Below are positions 38,800 to 48,429 of a stretch of DNA of 64,000 nucleotides, piece by piece. A program made the translations under genes and the position numbers. Each line of letters starts with the position of its first letter. Within the stretch, counting starts at the first letter, position 1. Under the pieces are notes generated by a model that did no database searches, was not told where the DNA came from, and saw nothing but the letters and a program-made list of their open reading frames with translations. Origin of the DNA: an uncultured virus (IMG/VR IMGVR_UViG_3300046713_000279) (Duplodnaviria; Heunggongvirae; Uroviricota; Caudoviricetes); IMG/VR virus record IMGVR_UViG_3300046713_000279, one strand, 5' to 3'.

Positions 38800-39225
38800 T
38801 CACGCACCTTGTCCAGCGCAGCATCGTACGCATGGCGGCAGCGGATCTCCTCCTTGTCCTGCGCCTCGCTCCTGCGCCTCGCTCTCGGCCGACATGGAAT
38901 CAGGGAAGGCCGACTGGTAGAGGATGTGGCGGGTCTTCGCCGCTGTCTTCTTGGCTTTGCGGTACGCCAGCGCCGCGGCGGCGATCTCCAGGAGCACGGG
39001 CGCGGCGTTGCGGAGAGCAGCGACGCCGTCAAGATTGGCGCGATAGGGAAAGTTCGGGTTGGCTTGCACGACAACGCGGCCATCGTTCGTGAAGTCGGCA
39101 TCCGGCGCGCCGGTCAGCACACAGTCGGACTGCCAGCGGCTCTCAGCGCTGTACCATGGTGTGCGGTCAATCTCTTGCTCTCGTTGCTGCAACTCCGCGA
39201 TGCTCGGCCTGTCGTCGTTGCTCAT
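38800..39225 (-). CDS. Hypothetical protein
   Basis: GGAG RBS; ATGA overlap. Confidence 0.5.
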   Translation of the reverse strand: MSNDDRPSIAELQQREQEIDRTPWYSAESRWQSDCVLTGAPDADFTNDGRVVVQANPNFPYRANLDGVAALRNAAPVLLEIAAAALAYRKAKKTAAKTRHILYQSAFPDSMSAESEAQERGAGQGGDPLPPCVRCCAGQGA

Positions 39226-39728
39226 GTTCTCCCCCATGTTGTCCATCTCGTCAGGTGAGCGAACACCTTGGTGAACCTCTCCGGCCTGGGGCCGAAGTAG
39301 GTCAGCGCCAACTCGAACCTGCAACTATCACGCTTCTGACCTGCTTCATCGGCGAACGGGTCCAGGAATGAGATCCGCTTGAGCGCCAGGATTCGCGGGT
39401 TACATCTAGGCGTGGCGCACATATTGACCCACCACTTGGTGGACGGGGTGAACATGGACAGTCGGACGTGCTCTCGAAGATTCCCGTATCGGAGTTCACG
39501 CAGCATCTTGTCGGTCCACGCACCGGCCTGCGAGTACGGGTCGTTCTGGTAGCCGGTGCGCTTGGCCGTCCGCCAGGAGCGGACCAGCCCGCCGTAGGTC
39601 AGCGCCACGACCGCGCGGATGATGGAGCGGTCGTTCGAGCACGGGTCGATGCCCACCGGCCCCCCGTAGAACTCCTCGAGCGGGTCGGCGATCTCCGCCG
39701 GCGAGCACCACCAGTCCGAGGTGGCCAT
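39222..39728 (-). CDS. Phage Dam-like N6-adenine methyltransferase (divergent)
   Basis: DWWCSP; IDPCS; YQNDPYS (NPPY variant); STKWW; RISF. Confidence 0.65.
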   Translation of the reverse strand: MATSDWWCSPAEIADPLEEFYGGPVGIDPCSNDRSIIRAVVALTYGGLVRSWRTAKRTGYQNDPYSQAGAWTDKMLRELRYGNLREHVRLSMFTPSTKWWVNMCATPRCNPRILALKRISFLDPFADEAGQKRDSCRFELALTYFGPRPERFTKVFAHLTRWTTWGRT

Positions 39729-40580
39729 CTAGGTCGCGTCCATCGCCCAGCCCAGTTCGTCGGTGCCCGTCGGGGCAACAACCCCCAGTCCGTTCGTGTA
39801 CGCATCACGGATGCCGACGGTGTATTGCTGGGGGTCCGCCTTGATCCACTGCTGAGCGGTTGCGAAGAAGTGGATCAAGGCGTCCCTGGCGGCCCAGGCG
39901 TCCCAGGCGTCCCTGGCGGCCCTGGCGGCCCAGGCGTCCCTGGCGTCCCTGGCGTCCCATGCGTCCCTGGCGGCCCATGCGTCCCTGGCGGCCCTGGCGT
40001 CCCTGGCGTCCCATGCGTCCCATGCGTCTCTGGCGGCCCTGGCGTCCCTGGCGTCCCTGGCGTCCCATGCGTCCCTGCCGTCCCAGGCGGCACTAAACCG
40101 TCGCAATGTCCACGACAGACCGCGTGCTACCAGCGCCACCTGTAGTCCGCGCTCGACGGCAGCGTCGTCATGACTCGGTCGGGCCAGCGCGCCACGCCAC
40201 GCCAGTTGCTCGGTTGCCATCACCTCGTGCTGATGGCTGAACCACTTCCGGGCCAGCGCACGGATCGCGTCGTCCACGGCCAGTTCCGCTGTGATGGTCC
40301 AGGAGGCAGCGCGCATCTTGTCGCCTCGGGTAACGACCGCTCCGGTGGTCTCGACCGAGAACAGACGCGAAGGACGACCCGTCGGCCAGAACCCCGCGAT
40401 GCGGAGCGCATCCTCGGCGGTACTGCACGCGTTCCATCCGGCGGCGCACTCCTCATCGGAGGTGTTTACGTCCACCGGGGGCAGGATGTAGGGTAAGGAG
40501 CCATTCCAGACGGGATCCCCGCCCTGCACTGGGGGTCGCAAGTCGGAGGTGAACACCTTGAAAGCACGGGTCGTCGTCAT
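39729..40580 (-). CDS. Protein with [DA]-A-[RW] tripeptide repeat
   Basis: GAAAGGA RBS; repeat tract inside the ORF. Confidence 0.7.
   Translation of the reverse strand: MTTTRAFKVFTSDLRPPVQGGDPVWNGSLPYILPPVDVNTSDEECAAGWNACSTAEDALRIAGFWPTGRPSRLFSVETTGAVVTRGDKMRAASWTITAELAVDDAIRALARKWFSHQHEVMATEQLAWRGALARPSHDDAAVERGLQVALVARGLSWTLRRFSAAWDGRDAWDARDARDARAARDAWDAWDARDARAARDAWAARDAWDARDARDAWAARAARDAWDAWAARDALIHFFATAQQWIKADPQQYTVGIRDAYTNGLGVVAPTGTDELGWAMDAT
39879..40091. repeat. 9-bp tandem repeat, about 23 degenerate copies (GCGTCCCTG/GCGGCCCTG/GCGTCCCAT)
   Basis: Directly visible in the sequence. Confidence 0.95.
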
Positions 40581-40923
40581 TTCATCGATCCTTTCCGCTG
40601 GCAAGTAGCCACCGAACCAGCCCCTGTGCGGCTCTCATACCTCGCGCAAGTCGGCGCACCTCCTTGGCGCTCGCTGCCGCTTGCGCGAGGGCAGCGTCAC
40701 GCTCGACCTCAAGTTCACGGATCCGCTTGTGGAGCGGGAACCTGATGCTCTCGAGCTCGTTGCGGAGGTCCCGATTGGCCTGCTGCGCCTCCACTAACTG
40801 ATTGCGTCGTTTGGGTGCCATCATGAACTCGGTGGCGTCGGCGCGGTGGCCATGAACACGTGGGGTCGAGGGAATTCCCGACACACCGGCCACCGCGACG
40901 ACGCGTCTACGTTTGTAGCACAA

Positions 40924-41385
40924 TCAATCCAGCTCGAGCAACGAGTACCGGATCACCGAGCCGTCTCTGGTGTCCTCCGCTGGGGTGGGAAGTACGACAT
41001 CGGGGTTGCGCTTGGCGAGATCGGCGCGGGCGGCATCCCGCTCCCGGATGGCGGCGTCTCGAGCAATCGTCGCGCGTACCTCTCGCTCCACGGCCAGGTC
41101 GCGTTCCGCGCCAGCGTTGTCGACACGCTCATCCGCGAGCCGGGCGGACCGGATCGCGTTCTCGGCGCGATGACGCATCTGCTGGTAGAAGATCGTCTGC
41201 CGTCGCTCCCCTTCCTGCGCTGCGGCCAGCGCTAACCGGAGCTCGGCGATCTGTGCCCGCTGCCGGGATCCAATGGTCTCCTGCCCTGAGGCAGCACACG
41301 CCCGATGCATCACCTCGGTGCCGAACACCCGGACGTCGTTGCGGGTCACGATCGGCTGCAGGCAGATCGCGCAGGTGGCTGGCAC
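40924..41385 (-). CDS. Zn-finger plus coiled-coil protein
   Basis: CAIC..HRAC followed by a helical region. Confidence 0.55.
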   Translation of the reverse strand: MPATCAICLQPIVTRNDVRVFGTEVMHRACAASGQETIGSRQRAQIAELRLALAAAQEGERRQTIFYQQMRHRAENAIRSARLADERVDNAGAERDLAVEREVRATIARDAAIRERDAARADLAKRNPDVVLPTPAEDTRDGSVIRYSLLELD

Positions 41386-41387
41386 GG

Positions 41388-41753
41388 CTACCCGAGACGG
41401 ATGCGAATGGCCTCGATGGTCTGGCAGTCGTCCGCGTGATCGTCCACTGCTGGATTGCCTCCGAGCGCCGCGAGGCTGCAGACCTTACAGTTCAGATCAA
41501 GGCCGACGCGCAGGGCTGCCTTGGTGACCAGATCCACCGGAACCACTGGGGTGGACGGCGGAGATGATGGCCCGCGGGAACGAACGAACATAACTCGCCC
41601 GACCGTGTCGTGGACGGCGCTCAGCGTGTCCGCATCAAGTCCGGCGCACAACGCCTGGACGCATCCTACCGCCATCGTCGAGTCAAGGTGGGGTAAGAGT
41701 TGGGCTACGGCAGAGCCGACGACCTCTGGATGTGGGCTCCCCATGGTGGTCAT
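41388..41753 (-). CDS. Hypothetical protein
   Basis: CKVC..H...C motif. Confidence 0.5.
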   Translation of the reverse strand: MTTMGSPHPEVVGSAVAQLLPHLDSTMAVGCVQALCAGLDADTLSAVHDTVGRVMFVRSRGPSSPPSTPVVPVDLVTKAALRVGLDLNCKVCSLAALGGNPAVDDHADDCQTIEAIRIRLG

Positions 41754-41770
41754 CTCGTTTCGATCTCCCT

Positions 41771-42874
41771 TCAGGTCACCGAGTCTGCCATGGCCTTGGC
41801 CCGCACGTCACGTAGGTCCAGCGTCCGTCTGGCCTTGCTTACCTCGGCTACGATGTCGCACCCCACCAGCCACCGGACGCTCATCCGCTGGCCTGAAATC
41901 GCGCTGTACTCGCGCAGGAGCGCGAAATCGGCAAGGGTCAGCCCTGCGGTGGCGGCCCAGGTCGAGATCATCGCGCCCAGGGCGTTCTGGTGCGTTTTGT
42001 CGAACGCCGGGTCCCACCTGCCCTGGGACATCTCGCGGATGACCTCGGCTGCGGTGAACGGTGGCACCAGCGCCAGCACGGGCCGTGCCCCTCTCCCCCG
42101 CTCCCCCTCTCCGGAGAAGATCAGATCCTCCGGGATCCGGGATCCGGGATCCGGGATCCTGTTGGTATCCGATACGGTATCGGATACAGTTTCCGGACCC
42201 TTGATTTCTTTCGGTTGACGCACAACGGCAGAGTTATCCACAGCGGGCTGTGGATGCTGTGGATAACTAGACTCACCCTGCGGGGCGATACCGTTTCCAG
42301 ACCCTGAAGCAACCGAGGAAGGAGGGAAGAGGGAGGGCTGAACGGAGGTCCCTGTGTCGGAATCGGCCAGACGTCGGACGCCTCGGCGGCGTGGTTGCGG
42401 AACCACGATCGTGGAAAACGTCTCCTGCCACGCGGACTGATGATGCGGGCTCATGGCCTTGCCGGATGCCCGGGACCCTTCATCGCAGATCCACGCCAGA
42501 AGCCTCACGTGGCTGTCCCGAACCGGGCAAGCGGGCACGGTCTTGAACTTCGTCCACCATCCCAGGATCACCTTGCCGTTGGAGGGGTACTCGCCGGCGT
42601 CGGGCAGTTCGCAGAGCCGCAACACCCGGAATTTGGCGTCGTACTCCACAAGATCGCGCTGGAGCAGTGTGTCCAGCGCGTCGATGACATCGTCAGGCGG
42701 CAAGCGGGCAGCGTCTGCCATGGAGGGGATGCCGCCGTGCCAGAGGCCGGGTACGTGCCGCTTGGCCTCCGCCGAGGTGTACAGGGCCAGCCACAAGACG
42801 CGCGGCAACGGGGCGAGTTCGGTCCACGGCTCCCAGTCCCAGAGAGAGGAGCCGAGCCGGGTGAAGGCGGTCAT
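41771..42874 (-). CDS. Putative replication initiator (replisome-organiser-like)
   Basis: N-terminus FTRLGSSLWDWEPWTEL...RVLWLALYT followed by a wHTH-like segment; central linker carries origin-like repeats. Confidence 0.65.
   Translation of the reverse strand: MTAFTRLGSSLWDWEPWTELAPLPRVLWLALYTSAEAKRHVPGLWHGGIPSMADAARLPPDDVIDALDTLLQRDLVEYDAKFRVLRLCELPDAGEYPSNGKVILGWWTKFKTVPACPVRDSHVRLLAWICDEGSRASGKAMSPHHQSAWQETFSTIVVPQPRRRGVRRLADSDTGTSVQPSLFPPSSVASGSGNGIAPQGESSYPQHPQPAVDNSAVVRQPKEIKGPETVSDTVSDTNRIPDPGSRIPEDLIFSGEGERGRGARPVLALVPPFTAAEVIREMSQGRWDPAFDKTHQNALGAMISTWAATAGLTLADFALLREYSAISGQRMSVRWLVGCDIVAEVSKARRTLDLRDVRAKAMADSVT
42119..42268. promoter_or_regulatory. Putative replication origin
   Basis: DnaA boxes TTATCCACA at 42234-42242 and TGTGGATAA at 42258-42266; (CCGGGAT)4 at 42130-42157; 11-bp inverted repeat at 42165-42187. 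Confidence 0.75.
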
Positions 42875-43485
42875 TTCTTCCTCGGTGCCAAGGGGTACAG
42901 TGACCGCCATAGCTTCACGAACTCGTCCCAGGTCTCGACATAGCCGTTGACCTTGGTCGCAAACAGTCGCGCTTCGATCTGCGTCATCCAGTCGGTCAGA
43001 ACCGCACCCGGCGGATGACCATGTACGCCCTGGCGCACCCGCCAGCGGTGAGACTCCGGCGGCGCCTTGGGTAGCGGCTTGGCCCTCTTGCGGGGCGCCG
43101 GACCGGGCGGTGTCATCACTCGCTTGGGTTGAGGGAACAGCAGCATCGTGCGGCCGTGCTCGTTGTGGTCGTGGCAATAGTTCTTGTCGGCGTCGATGGT
43201 TGGAGCGCACTCGAGGCACAGCGGCCGATCGCAGGTACGCCCCTCGTCACCAAGCGGAAAATCGCACAGCGCCTCGGACACCCCGCCGCAGTGGAAGCAT
43301 GGCGGCCCGAACGAGCCGCACAGGAATCCTGATACGCGCCCGACAGTCGGGTCTCCGACGGACTCTCTCGCCTCGACACTCTCAATCGCCCCGTCGATGA
43401 ACGGCTCCTTGCCGAGGGTTCGCATCGCGTCACTGAGCCTTGGAAACCTCGTCGGGTAGCAGTGGCTGGTCTTCTCTTCATCCAT
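42871..43485 (-). CDS. Cys-rich hypothetical protein
   Basis: CFHCG..LCDFP...TCDRPLC..C...YCHDH. Confidence 0.6.
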   Translation of the reverse strand: MDEEKTSHCYPTRFPRLSDAMRTLGKEPFIDGAIESVEARESVGDPTVGRVSGFLCGSFGPPCFHCGGVSEALCDFPLGDEGRTCDRPLCLECAPTIDADKNYCHDHNEHGRTMLLFPQPKRVMTPPGPAPRKRAKPLPKAPPESHRWRVRQGVHGHPPGAVLTDWMTQIEARLFATKVNGYVETWDEFVKLWRSLYPLAPRKK

Positions 43486-43755
43486 CGACTTGCCCCGCTG
43501 AGCCGTCGAACGGTGCCGGGAAGTCAGGATCGTCACGACCGTGGTCGGGGTCGTACGTCCCATTGATCATGTCCAACCCGACCTCCAGAAGCCCCCACCA
43601 GTAGAGGAAGTCAGCGAGCACATGCATGCGCCACATGCGGATCACCCTACGCCAAACCGAGCGCGCATCGTGCGGTCTCATCACGGCGAGCGCGTTATGC
43701 TGCACCCTGCTCAGGTGGACAGCGCCACCTGTAGCGTGGCCGATCCCCGGTGACG

Positions 43756-44499
43756 CTACAGGTCAACTACCGCGACGTGGCCGGGGTCGGTGATGACCCA
43801 GTGGTCGCCGTCCGGCCGGTGGACCAGTCCCAGGTTCCCGGCGTGGATGTCGCCGAAGAAGATCTGCTGCGCGCGGTAGACCTCGACCAGGCCATCGCCG
43901 AGCTCGCGCAGTTCGGGCACCTTCGTTTGGCGCGCCATCGCCTCGCAGGTCTCCAGCCACGCCGCGATCGAGCGTCGCATAACCTCGTGCGGGCGGCCGC
44001 CGCCGATCTCGCCGTTGATCGCCCTGTAGGCCAGTTGAGCCGCTTGGTGCTGCTTGCTGATGAGATCGTGTGCCTCGTCGCCCTTGTCCTCATCGCCCGT
44101 CGTCTCGTCAAGAAACTCGGAGATCTTGCCAACGTAGTCCGCGCTCTCTCTCCAGAGCAGGTAAACCTGGGATCCCTTCTTGTCCACCGCGCCCTCCGGC
44201 CGGCTCACCGTGTAATAGCGGACGCAGATCGGCCGCTCGAGTGTCGGGGCCAGATTGGCGGCGAACTCCGCCTCCGTGTCGTCTGCCGTGAGTTTGAGCA
44301 CCACCTTGTCGTCGAGCGTCGGGTAGACGCATCCGTAGGCGCCGCAACCGTATTCCCTGATGCTGGCCTCGACCCCATCGCCGCCGATCGGCACCATGTC
44401 CTGCAGTCGCGGCATCCAGCGCGCCGGGATCCCCTGGCCCCGCAGCGATCCGTAGGTGTCGGCCACGATCTTGGTGGCCCAGGGTGGGTTCGGGGCCAT
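43756..44499 (-). CDS. Protein-kinase-like protein
   Basis: GCGAYGCVY glycine loop; VLKLT; DIHAGN; ITDPG. Confidence 0.75.
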   Translation of the reverse strand: MAPNPPWATKIVADTYGSLRGQGIPARWMPRLQDMVPIGGDGVEASIREYGCGAYGCVYPTLDDKVVLKLTADDTEAEFAANLAPTLERPICVRYYTVSRPEGAVDKKGSQVYLLWRESADYVGKISEFLDETTGDEDKGDEAHDLISKQHQAAQLAYRAINGEIGGGRPHEVMRRSIAAWLETCEAMARQTKVPELRELGDGLVEVYRAQQIFFGDIHAGNLGLVHRPDGDHWVITDPGHVAVVDL

Positions 44500-44542
44500 G
44501 CGAGCAGCAGGGCAGCGCATGGTGGTATCCTACAGCCACGCG

Positions 44543-45391
44543 ATGGAGATCACCGATCGAAACCTTGGCAAGTTCGAGGCGTGGCTTCTTGAGCGTGGTC
44601 GCACCCAGGGGACAGCGGATGCCTACGTTATCAACCTCCGAAGCTGCGCCGCCGACCGGCGCGGCATCACTCACCGCCTGGTCGCCGGCGATCTCGCTCC
44701 GAACTCCCTCCGCACCAACCTGGCCGCTCTCCGGTCCTGGGCGGTGTTCATCGAGGACCCCAAGCTGAGCAAGCGCCTGGGGGACATCCGCCTGCCACCG
44801 GCGCGCCGTATTCACACCAAGCAGCCCCTGGGCATGGAGACGTGGCGGTCGCTGATCAAGCACCTGAAGATCTGCGAAGTACCGTCGGAGGCCATGCGGC
44901 AGGTACTGCTCCTCATGGCGATCCGCGGCTTCCGGTCGGGGGACGTACTGCGCCTCCGGCGAACCGAGATCCTGCGCGCGCTTGCCACCGGCAAGCTGGT
45001 CTACGAAGGCAAGGGGCGCAAGCGCATCGAGTTCGACACAAAGCCCTTCCGGGCGCAGCTCGAGGCCCTGGCACAGATCAAGGGCTGGGAGCGCGTGCGC
45101 GACCTCATCGCCAAGTCCGCCGACCCCAAGGTGGCGAGCGTCAAGGTCTGGCGGGCGGCCAGGCGCGCGGCGAAGGAACTGGGCATCCCCGACATGAACC
45201 CCCACAGGTTCCGGCACACCTTCGCGACGCGCTACCTCGAGCAACTCCGCGGTGACCCCAACGCCATCATCAAGCTGCAGAAGTTCATGGGCTGGGAGTC
45301 CATGAACACGGCCGCTCGCTACGTGGACGCCGTATCACAGGACGAGCTCGACGAGATCGGGGCAGGGCTCGTGTCCGGGCTCTTGGACTGA
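44543..45391 (+). CDS. Tyrosine recombinase/integrase
   Basis: GFRSGD (R); KG; HRFRH (HxxR); MGW; TAARY (catalytic Y). Confidence 0.9.
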   Translation: MEITDRNLGKFEAWLLERGRTQGTADAYVINLRSCAADRRGITHRLVAGDLAPNSLRTNLAALRSWAVFIEDPKLSKRLGDIRLPPARRIHTKQPLGMETWRSLIKHLKICEVPSEAMRQVLLLMAIRGFRSGDVLRLRRTEILRALATGKLVYEGKGRKRIEFDTKPFRAQLEALAQIKGWERVRDLIAKSADPKVASVKVWRAARRAAKELGIPDMNPHRFRHTFATRYLEQLRGDPNAIIKLQKFMGWESMNTAARYVDAVSQDELDEIGAGLVSGLLD

Positions 45392-45954
45392 GGGACCGCC
45401 GGGCGACCAGCCCGGATCCGGGGTAGGGGCGAGCGCATGCTCTCCTCAGACGGCCCGATGGTAGCGTAGCACGGACAGCGGCTACCGGGGCCGATCCGCC
45501 TCGCAGAGATGGCACGGCCCAGTGGGCACGGTCCAGCATTCACAGTCTGGGCACTGTCGCGTGTGACCGAGGCGCAGGGCGACGCGCCGATTGGTGTCGC
45601 GAACCACTGCCTGGACAGCCTCCCAGGTGCCCTGGATGTCATCTTCGGTCCAGCCCCCTTCGCGCGCCATCGAGACATCAAGCGAAGCACAGAAGATACC
45701 GATCGAACTCGTTTCGCCGGTTATGGGCATGTCGCCGAACGTAGCACGGGCAGCGGCTCTACTTGATGCATGCAGGGCCCGCCTCCCCCAACCGAAGGAG
45801 GCGACGTTCCCAGGTGATGCCTGGGTCAGATCCCCCGTCCCTAGGATCTCCCCAGGGCGCCATGTTCAAGCCGCTACCCGTAGCGTGTAGCATAACGCAT
45901 CACCTCCACTGGTTGGGTGGATCAGTGCGTCCGGATTGGGTACCCTGATCGTCG

Positions 45955-46335
45955 ATGCCACCCTCATCGAGATCTGCCGTCGCGTCCGACGATCCCCCGA
46001 TCGTTCCTCCTACATCGGACGCCAAGTGGGTGGATCTAGACCCACCCCTGCGCAACTCCGATGGGCTGGTGGTGATCTTCTCCCAGTGCCGCTGGGACGG
46101 ACGGCTCACGTTCTCGGTTCAGCGAGAGTTCAAGCGGTTCAACCACAAGACCGGAACGACCGAGATCATCAAGACCTCCTTCGTGCCTGAGGGGCTCATG
46201 GCCTCCTATGCGGCCATCCTTAACCTGGCCATCGCGCACGTCGAGAAACTCAAGGAGCAGCGGCTCGCGGGAAGGCTCCCCTTCCCGGAGGGTGGCATGG
46301 AGGAGTCCAAGAGGCACCGGCCACCAGCCGGATGA
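45955..46335 (+). CDS. Hypothetical protein
   Basis: 126 aa; ATGA overlap with the next gene. Confidence 0.55.
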   Translation: MPPSSRSAVASDDPPIVPPTSDAKWVDLDPPLRNSDGLVVIFSQCRWDGRLTFSVQREFKRFNHKTGTTEIIKTSFVPEGLMASYAAILNLAIAHVEKLKEQRLAGRLPFPEGGMEESKRHRPPAG

Positions 46336-46928
46336 CGGCGTGCATCGCGCCCGGCTCCGGCGGGCGCCCGGGCGGGCGCTGCGGTGAGCCAAGGGAGCCT
46401 GGGAGCCTCTTCTGCCGCACCCACGAGGCAGCCCCCGCCCCCCAGCGCGGCGGCTGGCTCTCAGCCGAGCGGCGGAGACGGAAGATGGCGGCGCACCAGG
46501 ACCAGCGACTCGACGCCTCGAACGTGGCCACCCGGCTCTGGGTCGGCGGTATGCCACCGTTCGACCGCGATCTTCCCGACTTCGACCTCCTGGTGCTTTG
46601 CGCCCAGGAGATCCAGCCGAGCGAGGTCGCCTTCCATGGGAAGGTGCTCCGCTGCCCGCTGCCCGACGGCGCCCTGAACCACCAGGAGCTCGCGCGCGCG
46701 GTGCTGTCGGCCAAGGCGGTCGGCGACGCCCTGCTGAAGGGCCAGCGCGTACTGGTGACCTGCGCCATGGGCCTCAACCGCTCGGCGCTGGTCGCCGCCT
46801 TGGCCATGGCTCGCGCCACCAAGATGACCGCACCGGAGATCGTCGGCCGGATCCGCCAGCGCAGGAGCGCGAACGCGCTCTACAACACGTACTTCCAGGA
46901 GCTCATTAGGCGCCTGGTCCGGCGCTAG
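46332..46928 (+). CDS. Dual-specificity/tyrosine phosphatase-like protein
   Basis: VLVTCAMGLNRS (CX5R); LPD; N-terminal CCCH-like finger. Confidence 0.85.
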   Translation: MTACIAPGSGGRPGGRCGEPREPGSLFCRTHEAAPAPQRGGWLSAERRRRKMAAHQDQRLDASNVATRLWVGGMPPFDRDLPDFDLLVLCAQEIQPSEVAFHGKVLRCPLPDGALNHQELARAVLSAKAVGDALLKGQRVLVTCAMGLNRSALVAALAMARATKMTAPEIVGRIRQRRSANALYNTYFQELIRRLVRR

Positions 46929-47287
46929 ATCACCGGCGCGTACCACCGGCATGCATCATCGTCGGCGCGACCGATAGCGCCGATGTGCTCGCCATCGAAC
47001 CAGCGAAAGATCCAGACGCTCCACACCATGCGACCACCGGGCACCGGGTAACTCGCTCCCATGAAGGGATCGAAGTTCGAGTCGACGATGATGCGGACAC
47101 CGACCGGGGCCGGGACGATCGTGGGCACCTCGTACGGATCGTCGACCGACACCATCATCGCCTCGTAGGTGAGGCAAGGCGCCTCCACGGGTAGGTCCTG
47201 AACGCTCCCGTTGACGTCGTCACCGCAGGACGCGAAAAGAATGAACACTAAAGCCGCGATCCTCATGCCCATGCCCATCTCCTTCAA
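46925..47287 (-). CDS. Putative lipoprotein
   Basis: MRIAALVFILFASC lipobox-like sequence. Confidence 0.5.
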   Translation of the reverse strand: MKEMGMGMRIAALVFILFASCGDDVNGSVQDLPVEAPCLTYEAMMVSVDDPYEVPTIVPAPVGVRIIVDSNFDPFMGASYPVPGGRMVWSVWIFRWFDGEHIGAIGRADDDACRWYAPVI

Positions 47288-47637
47288 AATCCGATGATCA
47301 CGTTATAGGTCGCCAGAAGGAATGCGGCCTGCGTGTTAGTGATTCCTCCCGATGATTGGAGAAAACTTGCCATCCAGCATAGCCGATACACGAATTCGGC
47401 CGCCTGGGTGAGTTGATCGATCGGGACGTTGGTGGCGGGCATGGGCGCAGCCAGCGCAGCGATCAGGGTGAGCCAGTTGCTCACCGGATTCGAGTTGGGC
47501 GCGGCCTCGGGGAAAGTATCGATAGTGGTCTGCCAGAATATAGTGAGCGTCGACTGGAGTCCGTTGGCTAGCCAGCGGATGTGTAGGTTGTCGTAGGCCT
47601 GTCCAGCGGCCTGGGCGAGGGATGTCGCGGTAGCCAT
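47284..47637 (-). CDS. Hypothetical protein, putative structural
   Basis: Operon with beta-rich genes; hydrophobic helices. Confidence 0.6.
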   Translation of the reverse strand: MATATSLAQAAGQAYDNLHIRWLANGLQSTLTIFWQTTIDTFPEAAPNSNPVSNWLTLIAALAAPMPATNVPIDQLTQAAEFVYRLCWMASFLQSSGGITNTQAAFLLATYNVIIGF

Positions 47638-47640
47638 GTT

Positions 47641-48429
47641 CTATACCCCCACCGCATCCGACATGACGATGCGGAGCGGAGCGGGGCCGGCCAGCGTGAG
47701 GCTGAACATGAGCGCGTCGAACACTCCGACAGATTGCGCCGTGATGATCACCGTGACGGAGGCGCCCGCCGCGACTGCTGCAGGCGCATGGATCACCGTC
47801 TCCTGGGTGTATGGGTTGGATGTGTCGTCCTGAGTGATCGCGTAATTGATGCCTTTGATGCCGAACGTGTTGGGGATCAAGGCGTCGCGATTGGTAAACT
47901 GGACGTAGCAGTATTTTCGCCCGTAGTACGGGATGACGAGATACCCCGTGCCACCCACGATGTTGTAGTTCTGGAAGACAAAGGACTTGTCCGACCTAGG
48001 CGGGGCGAGCGATGTCTGCAAGGCAAAATACTGGACGATGTCGAGTTCAGGCGCCACGAACTCGATGGTATCGGTCAGCGGAGCGAAGCCCCGCGGCCGG
48101 AAGTTCGGGTCGTAGATGTCGTCCGCCCAGAACATGATCCTGCCGGGCCGGTTCGCCGGGGTGAACGTCGCGTCGTTGCGCGCGTTGAGCGCGCCCACGA
48201 ACGACCTGGTGGGAGAGATCGTCATCGTCTGCAGGAACGTCGGTTGCACCTGGTCATCGAAGTACGCGACGTTGACGTTGGCGATGTCGCTGTTGGGGCC
48301 GATGCAGACCGCGTGGCAACTCTGGGTCGACTGGTAGATGTCACCTGGCGACGAGAGCGGGGTGAACAGGCGGAAGAATCCGTAGTTATTGACGGCGTAG
48401 GGGTCGGCCTGCGGCTGGGGGAAGGACAC
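47641..48429 (-). CDS. Beta-rich putative virion protein
   Basis: 262 aa; aromatic- and beta-strand-rich. Confidence 0.6.
   Translation of the reverse strand: MSFPQPQADPYAVNNYGFFRLFTPLSSPGDIYQSTQSCHAVCIGPNSDIANVNVAYFDDQVQPTFLQTMTISPTRSFVGALNARNDATFTPANRPGRIMFWADDIYDPNFRPRGFAPLTDTIEFVAPELDIVQYFALQTSLAPPRSDKSFVFQNYNIVGGTGYLVIPYYGRKYCYVQFTNRDALIPNTFGIKGINYAITQDDTSNPYTQETVIHAPAAVAAGASVTVIITAQSVGVFDALMFSLTLAGPAPLRIVMSDAVGV

Noticed and set aside
39879..40091. CRISPR array, or collagen-like PGTPG/PGVPG ORFs in other frames
   Set aside because: There are no unique spacers. The 9-bp units lie in frame within a longer RBS-led ORF, and the other frames are shadows of it.
3631..44499. Possible second processing motif, basic-x-NP (KANP, SRNP, MAPNP)
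   Set aside because: Only three or four short instances, not distinguishable from chance by eye.
44543..45950. Prophage boundary or att site next to the recombinase
   Set aside because: Virus-like genes continue on both sides, and no host genes or flanking direct repeat were seen.
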